Origin: an uncultured Gemmatimonadales bacterium
GTDB lineage: Bacteria > Gemmatimonadota > Gemmatimonadetes > Longimicrobiales > RSA9
Reading direction: 5' to 3'
DNA length: 64,000 bases
NCBI GenBank assembly: GCA_963816355.1
Contig: CAWFKH010000001.1
Coordinates: forward strand, 544,001 to 608,000
In this document: piece by piece, positions 19,244-27,513 of the stretch
How the letters are laid out: each line of letters begins with the position of its first letter
Position numbering within the stretch: the first letter of the stretch is position 1
Program-made: the position numbers and the translations under genes
Notes under the pieces: model-generated
Databases searched by the model: none
Told to the model about the DNA's origin: nothing
Seen by the model: the letters and a program-made list of their open reading frames with translations, nothing else

Positions 19244-20127
19244 CGGTGCAGCAGATGGCCGAGGCGGGCCGCCAGCGCGCCCACGCCGAGGCCCGGCCGG
19301 CTGAAGCGGTCCTCATCGACGACGTACACCCGGCCCGATCGCACCGCGGGCAGGTCGCGCCAGCCCGGCGAGGAGCGCAGCCACGCCGTGTCCGGGCGCG
19401 TCGTGTCGGCGACCGGGACGATCGCCACCTCCGGCGCCCGCGCGACGACCTCCTCCAGGGACACGCGCGGCCACGGCGCCGACGCGTCACCGAAAACGTT
19501 GTCGCCGCCGGCGACCGCGATCAGCTCGTCGAGATACGTGCCGGCGCCGACGACCAGCGGCGGATCGTGCGATTCGATGTAGACGACGCGCGGCCGCCGA
19601 CCGCCCGCCGTCGACGTGCGCACCGAATCCAGCTGCGCATCCAGCGCCGTGAGGAGGGAGTCCGCGCGGGCGCGCAGACCGAGCAGCGTTCCCAGGTCCT
19701 GGAGCGTGCCGCGGATGTCCGCGAGCGTCTCCATGCGGGCCGCGTAAACCGCGATCCCGGATGCCGCCAGCCGCGCCACCACTTCCCGCGACCGGTTGTC
19801 CGGCCACGCCACCACCAGCTCCGGCCGCCGCGCCACCAGCCACTCCAGACTCGGCGTCAGACCCCCCCCGACCGACGGCAGCCCCGCGAGCTCCGGCTCG
19901 TCGTCGTAGTCCGTGCGCGCGACGATGCGGTCCGCGGCGCCCAGCCGCACCACCATCTCCGTCGCCGCTGGGATCAGCGCCACCACACGCCGGGCCGGCG
20001 AGTCCACCACGACCCTGCGCCCCGCCGCGTCCCGCACCGCGATCGGCGCCCCCGCATCCTCGTGTGCGCCTCCGCCGCAAGCCGCCACCCCCGCCACGGC
20101 GAGCGCCAGGCCGAGCGCACGACCCAC
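19240..20127 (-). CDS. Cobalamin-binding lipoprotein (BtuF-like); start uncertain, frame open to 20295
   Basis: Lipobox VAAC; RRVVALIPAATE, VGGGLTPSLE..RPELV, AGGDNVF, VSLEEVV, PAVRSGRV, RPG. Confidence 0.88.
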   Translation of the reverse strand: MGRALGLALAVAGVAACGGGAHEDAGAPIAVRDAAGRRVVVDSPARRVVALIPAATEMVVRLGAADRIVARTDYDDEPELAGLPSVGGGLTPSLEWLVARRPELVVAWPDNRSREVVARLAASGIAVYAARMETLADIRGTLQDLGTLLGLRARADSLLTALDAQLDSVRTSTAGGRRPRVVYIESHDPPLVVGAGTYLDELIAVAGGDNVFGDASAPWPRVSLEEVVARAPEVAIVPVADTTRPDTAWLRSSPGWRDLPAVRSGRVYVVDEDRFSRPGLGVGALAARLGHLLHR

Positions 20128-20233
20128 GGACCCGCAGGCGGACGCACGGCCGGCAACGCGCGGGCGCGCCGCGCCCGCGCCGCCACCGCGGCGTGGCGCC
20201 GCCCCGTAAAGTGGGACCTCGTTCGGAGAGCGC

Positions 20234-20270
20234 AAAAAACCCGTCCTTTCGCCGGGGCGGAAAGGACGGG
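20234..20270 (-). terminator. Intrinsic terminator, expression platform of the cobalamin riboswitch
   Basis: Minus strand CCCGTCCTTT-(11 nt)-AAAGGACGGG followed by TTTTTT. Confidence 0.85.
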
Positions 20271-20315
20271 CGGGAGGAGCATGCATCAGGTGCAACGCTC
20301 CGTTCCTCTCCCGGA

Positions 20316-20510
20316 CCCTTCCCGCGAAGGGCGCTCCTAGGACACGAACGGAGCCGGTCTCCTGGCTCGAGGCCGGTTCGTCCCGCCTTCCCGGAGCTTC
20401 GCTCCAGTGACGATTCCTCGGACGAACCGTTCCGGGCTCGCGCCCGGACCTCTCACAGTGGCGGGGCCGCGCCGGCTTTAAACCGGTCTTCCGTATGGCC
20501 CCGTTCGTGG
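20316..20510 (-). ncRNA. Cobalamin (B12) riboswitch
   Basis: Minus strand: GGAA-GA-CCGGT-TTAAA-GCCGG, GCGGCCCCGCCACTGTGA, GTCACTGG..CCGGGAAGG, B12 box GAGCCAGGAGACCGGC. Closing helix CACGAACGGGGCC/GGCTCCGTTCGTG; downstream P13-like hairpin. Lies upstream of the Btu-like operon. Confidence 0.95.
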
Positions 20511-20522
20511 TCTCAGACCCCG

Positions 20523-20552
20523 ATAGTACCGCGCGAAGGTCCGGTCCGGCAA
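20523..20552 (-). promoter_or_regulatory. Sigma-70 promoter of the riboswitch-btu operon
   Basis: Minus strand TTGCCG-N18-TACTAT, immediately upstream of the riboswitch. Confidence 0.7.
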
Positions 20553-20602
20553 GGCGCCCGGCGCGCGATCCCCGGCGTGCGCAGCATCGCGCGGGCGGTG
20601 TC

Positions 20603-20639
20603 GTTCAGTGTTGACAGAACGATCCGAACGTTCCAGGTT
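20603..20639 (+). promoter_or_regulatory. Promoter/operator of the GbsR-Mla operon
   Basis: Imperfect palindrome GTTCAGTGTTGACAGAAC containing TTGACA (20611-16), followed by a second GAAC half-site; weak -10 CAGGTT at 20634. Confidence 0.55.
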
Positions 20640-20679
20640 GGGGCGCCCGGCGAGGGGACGTCTCGCGGAAGGAGTGGAC

Positions 20680-21207
20680 GTGGACGACGCGAGTCAGCGG
20701 TTCATCGAGAAGATGGGGTTGTTGTACGAAGCGGACGGGATGCCGCGGATCGCGGGACGGATCCTGGGGCTCCTGCTGTTGCGGGACGAGGTACTTTCGC
20801 TGGACGATCTGGCGGAGGAGCTGCGGATCAGCAAGGCGAGCGCGAGCGTGAACGCCCGGCAACTGGAGCGGGTGGGGGCGCTGGAGCGGGTGGCGAAGCC
20901 GGGGGATCGGCGGGATTATTACGGGGTGGCGGAGGGGATGGCGGAGCGGATGCTGGAGATCCGGCTGGACCGGGTTTCGCGGTTGCGCAGCCTCCTGGAG
21001 GAGGGGCTGGCGACGGTCGAGGTGGGGTCGTCGGAAGTGCGCGAGCGGCTGGAGGAGGTGGTGGCGTTTCACTGTCACATTCTGGCGGATCTACGGCGGT
21101 CGCTGAGCGGTTGGCAGGGGTGCGAGCGAGGGCAGGGTGAGCGGCGGGAGGGTGAGCGGCGGGAGGGTGAGCGAGGGACGCCGCGGGCGGGGGTGGTGGC
21201 GCGGTAG
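20680..21207 (+). CDS. GbsR/MarR-family winged-helix transcriptional regulator
   Basis: RBS AAGGAG; FIEKMGLLYEADGMPRIAGRILGLL, LSLDDLAEELRISKASAS, PGDRRDYY. Confidence 0.88.
   Translation: MDDASQRFIEKMGLLYEADGMPRIAGRILGLLLLRDEVLSLDDLAEELRISKASASVNARQLERVGALERVAKPGDRRDYYGVAEGMAERMLEIRLDRVSRLRSLLEEGLATVEVGSSEVRERLEEVVAFHCHILADLRRSLSGWQGCERGQGERREGERREGERGTPRAGVVAR
21134..21173 (+). repeat. 15-bp coding tandem repeat, about 2.7 copies
   Basis: AGGGTGAGCGGCGGG x2 plus AGGGTGAGCG; encodes GERRE repeats in the regulator tail. Confidence 0.8.
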
Positions 21208-21259
21208 GGACTGCATCGCCGGCTCGAGCCGGGGTGATCGCGGGAGAACGGAGCGGCGA

Positions 21260-22138
21260 GTGTCGGAGAACGGAGCTGGAGTGGACGAAGCGGCGGAAGC
21301 CGGAGATGCCGGGGCGACGCGCGGGGGCGGGGGCGTCGTGGCGGCGGGCGTCCGCGCGGGGCGGATCCAGCGGAGCCTTGCGGGGGTGGGCCGGAGCGTG
21401 GAGTCGATCGCGCGGCAGGCGGGTCAGATGGCGATTCTGGCATGGCGCGTTCTGGGGTATCTGGTGCGGGGCAAGATCCGGTTCCGGTCGGTGGTGCAGC
21501 AGATCTACGTGATGGGGGTGCAGAGTCTGCCGCTGGTGCTGGTGACGTCGGTGCTTTCGGGGATCGTGACGTCGCAGCAGGGCGGCTATCAGTTCACGGG
21601 GTCGGTGCCGCTGTACGTGCTGGGGAGCGTGGTGGCGGAGGCGGTGATCCTGGAGCTGGGTCCGGTGATGACGGCGATCGTGCTGATCGGCCGGGTGGGG
21701 GCGCGGATCACGGCGGAGTTCGGCACGATGGAGGTGTCGGAGCAGGTGGACGCGCTGTATTCGCTGGGTCGGGATCCGGTGCGGGAGCTTGCGGCGCCGC
21801 GGCTGGTGGCGGGTGTGATCGTGGTGCCGCTGCTGGTCGCGTTCGCGGACGCGGTGGGGCTGTTCGCGGGCATGGTGGCGGCGCGGCAGACGGTCGGACT
21901 GGGGCCGGAGTCGTTCCTGTTCGGCGCGCGGCTGTTCTTCCACACGTGGGATCTGTTCTATTCGCTGGCGAAGGCGGTGTCGTTCGGCTTCGTGATTCCG
22001 CTGATCGCGATCCACATGGGGTTCCAGACGCGAGGCGGCGCGGAGGGCGTGGGGAAGGCGACGACGACATCGGTGATGGCGATGACGCTGGCGGTGCTTC
22101 TGCTGGACGCGCTGTTCCCGCCGTTGCTGCTGAACTGA
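21260..22138 (+). CDS. mlaE: MlaE-family ABC permease (start uncertain)
   Basis: GVQSLPLV, ELGPVMTAIVLIGRVGARITAEFGTMEVSEQVDAL, PRLVA, GGAEGVGKATT. Confidence 0.9.
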   Translation: MSENGAGVDEAAEAGDAGATRGGGGVVAAGVRAGRIQRSLAGVGRSVESIARQAGQMAILAWRVLGYLVRGKIRFRSVVQQIYVMGVQSLPLVLVTSVLSGIVTSQQGGYQFTGSVPLYVLGSVVAEAVILELGPVMTAIVLIGRVGARITAEFGTMEVSEQVDALYSLGRDPVRELAAPRLVAGVIVVPLLVAFADAVGLFAGMVAARQTVGLGPESFLFGARLFFHTWDLFYSLAKAVSFGFVIPLIAIHMGFQTRGGAEGVGKATTTSVMAMTLAVLLLDALFPPLLLN

Positions 22139-22147
22139 GGGGAAGGA

Positions 22148-22915
22148 ATGGTCGAGTACCAGGATGTATGGAAGGCGTTCGACGCGCCGGTGCTGACGGG
22201 GGTGACGCTGACGGTCGGCGACGGCGAGACGATGTCGATCGTGGGGCGGTCGGGTCAGGGGAAGAGCGTGCTGCTGAAGACGACGATCGGTCTGATCGTG
22301 CCGGACCGGGGTGACGTCCGTGTCGGGGGCGAGTCGGTCTTTTTCGGCGGGCGGGGGGTGGTGGAGCGGGTGCGCTGCAAGGTGGGCTACGTCTTTCAGA
22401 ACGCGGCGCTCTTCGATTCGATGACGGTGTTCGAGAACGTGTCGGAGGGGTTGACGGAGGGGGAGTTGCGGCGGCTTCCGCGCAGGGAGGTGGTGTCGCG
22501 TGTGGCGGATGCGCTGGAGCACGTGAACCTCGATCCGCGTCTGGTGCTGGCGAAGCTGCCATCGGAGCTGTCGGGGGGGATGCGGAAGCGGGTGGGCGTG
22601 GCGCGCGCGATCGTGGGGCGCCCGGAGATCCTGCTGTACGACGAGCCGGTGACGGGACTCGATCCGGTGAACGCGGCGGTGGTGCACCAGCTGATCGAGC
22701 GCCTGGCGGACGAGCTGGGCATCACGTCGATCATCGTGACGCACGATGTGGAGGGGGCGTTGGAGATCTCGGATCACGTGGCGATGCTGGAGGGCGGGCG
22801 CATCCTGTTCGTCGGCACGCCGTACGAATTCCGCAACAGCTCGGAGCCGATGGTCCGGGCGTTCCTCGAGCGTCAGGCGGTGGTCCCGCCGGCGCCCACC
22901 ATGGAGATGGCGTGA
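22148..22915 (+). CDS. mlaF: MlaF/Mkl-family ABC ATP-binding protein
   Basis: GRSGQGKS, FQNAALFDSMTV, ELSGGMRKRVGVARA, LYDEPVTGLDP, VTHD. Confidence 0.9.
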   Translation: MVEYQDVWKAFDAPVLTGVTLTVGDGETMSIVGRSGQGKSVLLKTTIGLIVPDRGDVRVGGESVFFGGRGVVERVRCKVGYVFQNAALFDSMTVFENVSEGLTEGELRRLPRREVVSRVADALEHVNLDPRLVLAKLPSELSGGMRKRVGVARAIVGRPEILLYDEPVTGLDPVNAAVVHQLIERLADELGITSIIVTHDVEGALEISDHVAMLEGGRILFVGTPYEFRNSSEPMVRAFLERQAVVPPAPTMEMA

Positions 22916-23868
22916 TGTCGACGACGGCTCCGAGCGAGACGGAACGCGGCGGCTCGGCGCGCGAGCGGCAGCTCGAAGCGGTGCTGCCGCGGCGCTCCTC
23001 GATGCGTGAGGTGTGGGTGGGGATCTTCGCGATCGTCGGCGTGCTGGGGCTGCTGGTGGCGCTGTTCACGCTGACGGACGCGTCGCTCTTCCGCGGCCGC
23101 AGCACGATCACGTCGGTCGTGCCGAACGCGGGCGGGCTGCGAAAAGGCGATCCGGTGCAGATGCGCGGCGTCAACATCGGCCGCGTGAGCGACTTCGACA
23201 TCGGTGCGGCGGGGGTCGGGATCCAGCTCGAGATCGAAGGGGAGTACCACATCCCGGTGGATTCGCGCATGGTGCTTCAGTCCAGCGGTCTGCTGGGCGG
23301 AATGGTCGCCGACGTCATCCCGGGCTCCTCGCCGGAGGAAGTGAGCTCGGGCGACACCATACCGGGCGCGTCCGGCGCCTCCTTCGCCGAGTCGACGGAG
23401 ACGTTGACGAGCGGCGCGGAGACGGCGCTGGAGCGGATCAACGGCCTGTTGTCGCAGCCGACCGTGGACGCGGTGGGGCAGAGCGCGGTCGCGCTGCACA
23501 ACACGCTGAGCGGGCTGGCGGCGATGGTCGACGCGGAGCGGCGCGAGGTCGCGGCGCTGGTCGCGAATCTGCGGCAGACCTCGGCGGTGGTGCAGGATGC
23601 GGCGGCGCAAGGCCGGCTGGCGGAGACGATGACGCACCTGAACGGCATGTCGCAGCAGCTCGACTCGACGGCGGCGAGCCTGAACCGGGCGACCGCGTCG
23701 CTGGAGACGGTGCTGGGGCGGATCGAGCGAGGGGAGGGGACGCTCGGCCGGCTGTCGACGGACGACGCGCTCTACGCCAACCTCAATGCGGCGAGCGTGA
23801 GCCTGCGGCGGCTGCTGGACGACGTGCGCGAGAACCCGAAGCGCTATCTGAGCGTGCGCGTCTTCTGA
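22912..23868 (+). CDS. MlaD/MCE-family protein
   Basis: N-terminal TM VWVGIFAIVG; GLRKGDPVQMRGVNIGRV; GLLG; helical tail GEGTLGRL..LY..L..NPKRY. Confidence 0.9.
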   Translation: MMSTTAPSETERGGSARERQLEAVLPRRSSMREVWVGIFAIVGVLGLLVALFTLTDASLFRGRSTITSVVPNAGGLRKGDPVQMRGVNIGRVSDFDIGAAGVGIQLEIEGEYHIPVDSRMVLQSSGLLGGMVADVIPGSSPEEVSSGDTIPGASGASFAESTETLTSGAETALERINGLLSQPTVDAVGQSAVALHNTLSGLAAMVDAERREVAALVANLRQTSAVVQDAAAQGRLAETMTHLNGMSQQLDSTAASLNRATASLETVLGRIERGEGTLGRLSTDDALYANLNAASVSLRRLLDDVRENPKRYLSVRVF

Positions 23869-23898
23869 GGGGCGGTGAGGGGCGCGCGGCGCGAACCG

Positions 23899-24949
23899 CT
23901 ACCCGCCGCCCGGGCTCGCGGAGCCCTTGATCGTGTCGCCCGAGACGGGTGCCGGCCCGCGGACCAGGGCGGAGCCGGCGCCGCAGCGTCCGTCGTAGAT
24001 CCTGCGCCAGCCTTCGGGCCTCCTGCCGATGGCGCTGAACCAGGCGCGATCGGCGCCGTAGTTCTCGAGGAGGAGCTCGACGGAGCCATCGCGGTTCCAG
24101 TCGAGGAAGTCGATGGCGCGGCTCGCGAGCTTGCCGCCTGCGGTGTAGTCGGCGTAGCGGGCGTAGACGGTGTCGTAGCCCGCCTGCGCGTTGGGCATGG
24201 CGAGGAAGAAGAGGGAGAAGCCGTTGTCGTCGGGGCCCACGCGCAGCTCGTCGCCGACGAGCAGGCTCGCGGCGAAGGCGGGGTCGGGCATGCCCTCGAC
24301 GGGGAAGGGCAGGATCTGGCGCATGGCGGCTTGCCAGTTGCCCGGCAGTTGCGAATTGCGGGCGCGCAGGAGTCGTTCGGCGAGGATCGGCCCGATCACC
24401 TGCATGCGGCGGGTGGTGGCGACCTCGATGCGCATCGATTCCGGCGCGCTGCGCTTGGCCATGGCGATGAATTCCGAGATCGAGTCGGCGCCGTGGAGCG
24501 AGCTCGACGCCGCCGCGCACGACGGGCAGCGGCGGGCAGACGCCCTTGGGCGCGGGCGAGGCGGAGCCGACGACGAAGGTGCCGAGGCGGATGCCGTGAT
24601 GGTAGAGCGCGAACTCGCTACCCTGGCGCAGCCGGTCGGCGATGAAGCGGTTGTCGAACTCGGCGGCGTCGGCGCCGGTGCGGATCGCGTGCAGCGAGTC
24701 GGGTCCGATCTCCGCGATCGGGATCATGACGGGTCCGTCGCCGCCGGTGCGGACGTAGTAGAGGATCGGCGCGGAGGGGAGCGGCGCGCCGGCCGGCGCG
24801 GAATCGGCCACGGCAACGGGCGTTTCGCCCTTCGGTGGCGGCGGGACGATGGCGATGCTCGCACCGCCCCAGTCGACGTTGTCGCAGGCCGCGGCGAGGG
24901 TTACAATCATGGCGACAAGGAGCCGCAAGTACTTCCGTGTCCGCATCAT
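23899..24949 (-). CDS. Hypothetical lipoprotein, split by a +1 frameshift near 24494
   Basis: N-part MMRTRKYLRLLVAMIVTLAAAC (lipobox) in one frame; C-part ..GADSISEFIAMAKRS..DFLDWNRDGSVELL (DxNxDG motif) in the next. Total span is 3n+1. Confidence 0.7.
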
Positions 24950-25093
24950 AACCAGATTTCCGAATCCGCCTCTCCGCCGGGGCTTCCGTTTCCGGGACCG
25001 TCCCGCCAAGCTAGGCTCGACCGCGAGGCGTCGCAACGCAGGGGCGTGCGCCGGCGCCGCACAACCGTCGTGAGTGAGGAGCCGAAGCCGTCC

Positions 25094-25576
25094 ATGTCGA
25101 TCGATCCGTCGGAGTTCCGGCGCGTCCTCGGCCACTTCGTGACCGGAGTGAGCATCGTCGCCGCGCGCGATCCCCGGACGGGCGTGCCGCACGGCTTGAC
25201 GGTGAACGCGCTGAGCTCGGTTTCGCTGGAACCGCCGCTGGTGCTCGCGTGCATCGAGCAGGACGCGATCTCGCACGGCGTCCTCGAGTTGTCGGACGGC
25301 TTCAGCGTGAACATCCTGGACACCGACGCGGAGGCGCTCTCGCGGCGCTTCGCGGTCACGGAAGGCGGCGACAAATTCGAGGGTGTGGCGTGGCACGAGG
25401 AGGCGACGGGTGCGCCGGTGCTCGACGCCGCGCTGGCGTGGCTCGACTGCCGGGTGTGGGCGCGTCACCGCGCGGGCGACCACACGATCTTCATCGGCCT
25501 CGTGATCGACGCCGCCGCCCGCGAGGGGCGGCCGCTCGTGTTCTACCGCGGCGGCTACGGCCGCTACATCCCCTGA
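25094..25576 (+). CDS. Flavin reductase family protein (RutF/HpaC-like)
   Basis: FRRVLGHFVTGV, GLTVNALSSVSLEPPLV, DKF, AGDHTIFIG, PLVFYRGGY. Confidence 0.93.
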   Translation: MSIDPSEFRRVLGHFVTGVSIVAARDPRTGVPHGLTVNALSSVSLEPPLVLACIEQDAISHGVLELSDGFSVNILDTDAEALSRRFAVTEGGDKFEGVAWHEEATGAPVLDAALAWLDCRVWARHRAGDHTIFIGLVIDAAAREGRPLVFYRGGYGRYIP

Positions 25577-25586
25577 CGGGCCGTCC

Positions 25587-26235
25587 ATGAGGCCGCGCAC
25601 CACGGCGGTGCGGCTCGCGGCGGCGGCGGGCGCGGGCGGGGCTCTCGCGATGACCGTCGAGGTCGGCGCCGCGCTGCTGCTGTACGGCGGCCGCGGCGCG
25701 CTGCTGGCGGGCGGTGGCCTCTTCGGCGTCTCGCTGGCGGCGCTGGGCGCGGGTCTGTGGGCGGGCGGTGGCGCCGCCGACGCGCCGCTGCTGGAGGCGC
25801 CGCCGAGCCTCTGGCGCTGGCGCGGCGCCGCCGGATCCCTGCTGCTGGCGGCGCTCTTCGCGGGGCTGTGGTTGAGGGCGACGGCGCTGCGCGACGTGGA
25901 GGGCGCGCGCGCGATCGCGGTTCTCGCGCTCATCGGCCTTCCCGGCTACGCGCACGGGTCGCTGCTCGCCGCGCTGCACGGGCGGGCGGCCGCGGAACGC
26001 GCCGCGCGGGGCGGGCCGGGCGCCTGAGGGCGGAGCGGCGGCGGCGGGCGTGGCGGTGCCGGCGACGATGGCGGGCGCGGTCGCGGCGCTCGGCGGGGCG
26101 GTGCTGATCGCGAAGCTGGGCGCGGTGCTGCTGCTGCTGGACGGGGCGATCCTGGTGGCCCTGCTCGGGATCGCCGAAGCACGATCGGGCGCGGGTCCGG
26201 TGGAGGGCCCGGCAATGGCGGAAGGGGGCGTTCGC
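25587..26235 (+). CDS. Membrane protein resembling the TM part of MFS/spermidine-synthase fusions; frameshifted near 26010, continues in frame with the SDR
   Basis: Hydrophobic helices in ORF 25587..26027 (AMTVEVGAALLLY..LFGVSLAALGAGLWAGG); further TM helices at the start of ORF 26050..26958. Confidence 0.5.
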
Positions 26236-26958
26236 ATGGAGGGCAAGGGCGTTCTCGTGACCGGCGTCGGTCGCGAGGGGCAGGTGGGCTACGCAGTGGC
26301 CGAGGCGTTCGTCCGCGCGGGGGCGCGTGTGCTGCTGACGAACGTGCACGACACCGTCGAGAGCCTCGCCACGCGCCTCGCGGAGAGATACGACGCCGCC
26401 GATCGCGTGTTCAGCGCGGCCGCGGACCTGACGCGCGGCTACGAGGTCGAGCGCCTGATGAATGCGGCGCGCGGGCGGCTGGGCGGGCTCGACGCGCTGG
26501 TGCACGTGGCGGGCGGCCTCTCCGTCATCAAGCCGATCGGCGAGACCTCGGAGGAGGAGTGGGAGCGGGAGATGGAGCGCAACGCGCGGACCACCTTCCT
26601 CGTGTGTCGCTACGCGCTCCCGCTGCTGCGCCGGCGGCGCGGCTCGATCGTGACGTTCGCTTCCCCCGCGGCGGTCGAGGGCGGTGCGCGGATGGTCGCT
26701 TACGCCGCGGCCAAGGCGGCCGTGCTCGCGCTCACGCGCTCGCTGGCGCTGGAGGAGGCGGAGCACGGCGTGCGCGTCAACGCGATCCTGCCGGGGCTGG
26801 TCGACACGGCGCAGAACCGCGCGGCGTTCGGCGAGAACGAGGCGCACTGGGTGACGCGCGAGGAGGTGGCGAGCGTCGCACTCTTCCTCGCCAGCGACGC
26901 GGCCTCCGGCGTGAGTGGTGAGGCGGTGCGCGTGCTCGGCGACGGCCTCGCCGGCTGA
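26236..26958 (+). CDS. SDR-family NAD(P)-dependent oxidoreductase
   Basis: VLVTGVGREGQVG, LVHVAGG, YAAAK, GVRVNAILPG, VSGE. Confidence 0.9.
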   Translation: MEGKGVLVTGVGREGQVGYAVAEAFVRAGARVLLTNVHDTVESLATRLAERYDAADRVFSAAADLTRGYEVERLMNAARGRLGGLDALVHVAGGLSVIKPIGETSEEEWEREMERNARTTFLVCRYALPLLRRRRGSIVTFASPAAVEGGARMVAYAAAKAAVLALTRSLALEEAEHGVRVNAILPGLVDTAQNRAAFGENEAHWVTREEVASVALFLASDAASGVSGEAVRVLGDGLAG

Positions 26959-26985
26959 GCGCCAGCGGAAGAGCGCGGAGGAGAG

Positions 26986-27513
26986 GTGAGCAAGCACGTG
27001 GAGGACGAGACGGAAGCGCGGACGTGGAACCCGGGCGGCGCCCCGGCCGAGGCGGCGTTCTCGGAAGAGGAGATCCACAGCGCGCTCGCGCTGCACATGC
27101 CGGAGCCGGACGCGGCCCGCGAAGCGGCGTCGATCGCGCGTTCGTTGGGCGACACGCACGTCACCGGCGCGGTCCTGAACTCCGACATGCTCGCGATGCT
27201 CGCCGTCGTCTCGCCGGAGCTGGAGCGGCGCGTGGCGCGCTACCGCGAAGCGCAGTGGGAGCGGAGGCGACGCGCGTGGCTCGGACGCGCGCGGCGCGCC
27301 CGGCTGTCGTCGCCGGGGGCCCCGGCGACGACCGGGGACTCCGGCCGCGAGGGCGACGCCGGGCTGGAGCGCGAGTGGCGGGCGTTCCGCGCGGCGCGGG
27401 AGGCGGAGTTCGAGGCGCTGCGCGAGCGCGTCGCAGCCGCGGCCGCCGGGGGCCGCAGCGCGCCGGGGGCCGACCGATTCGTACAGCTCCGACCGGGACC
27501 GCAGCGGCCGTGA
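26986..27513 (+). CDS. Hypothetical protein coupled to sbcD
   Basis: RBS GGAGGAG; GTG start; stop overlaps the sbcD start (GTGA). Confidence 0.6.
   Translation: MSKHVEDETEARTWNPGGAPAEAAFSEEEIHSALALHMPEPDAAREAASIARSLGDTHVTGAVLNSDMLAMLAVVSPELERRVARYREAQWERRRRAWLGRARRARLSSPGAPATTGDSGREGDAGLEREWRAFRAAREAEFEALRERVAAAAAGGRSAPGADRFVQLRPGPQRP

Noticed and set aside
15364..20127. Iron-siderophore or heme uptake assignment for the ABC/TonB operon
   Set aside because: The upstream cobalamin riboswitch makes corrinoid uptake much more likely.
21134..21173. 15-bp and 21-bp (58844-58891) repeats as CRISPR arrays
   Set aside because: Direct tandem copies with no spacers, fewer than three units, and no cas genes.
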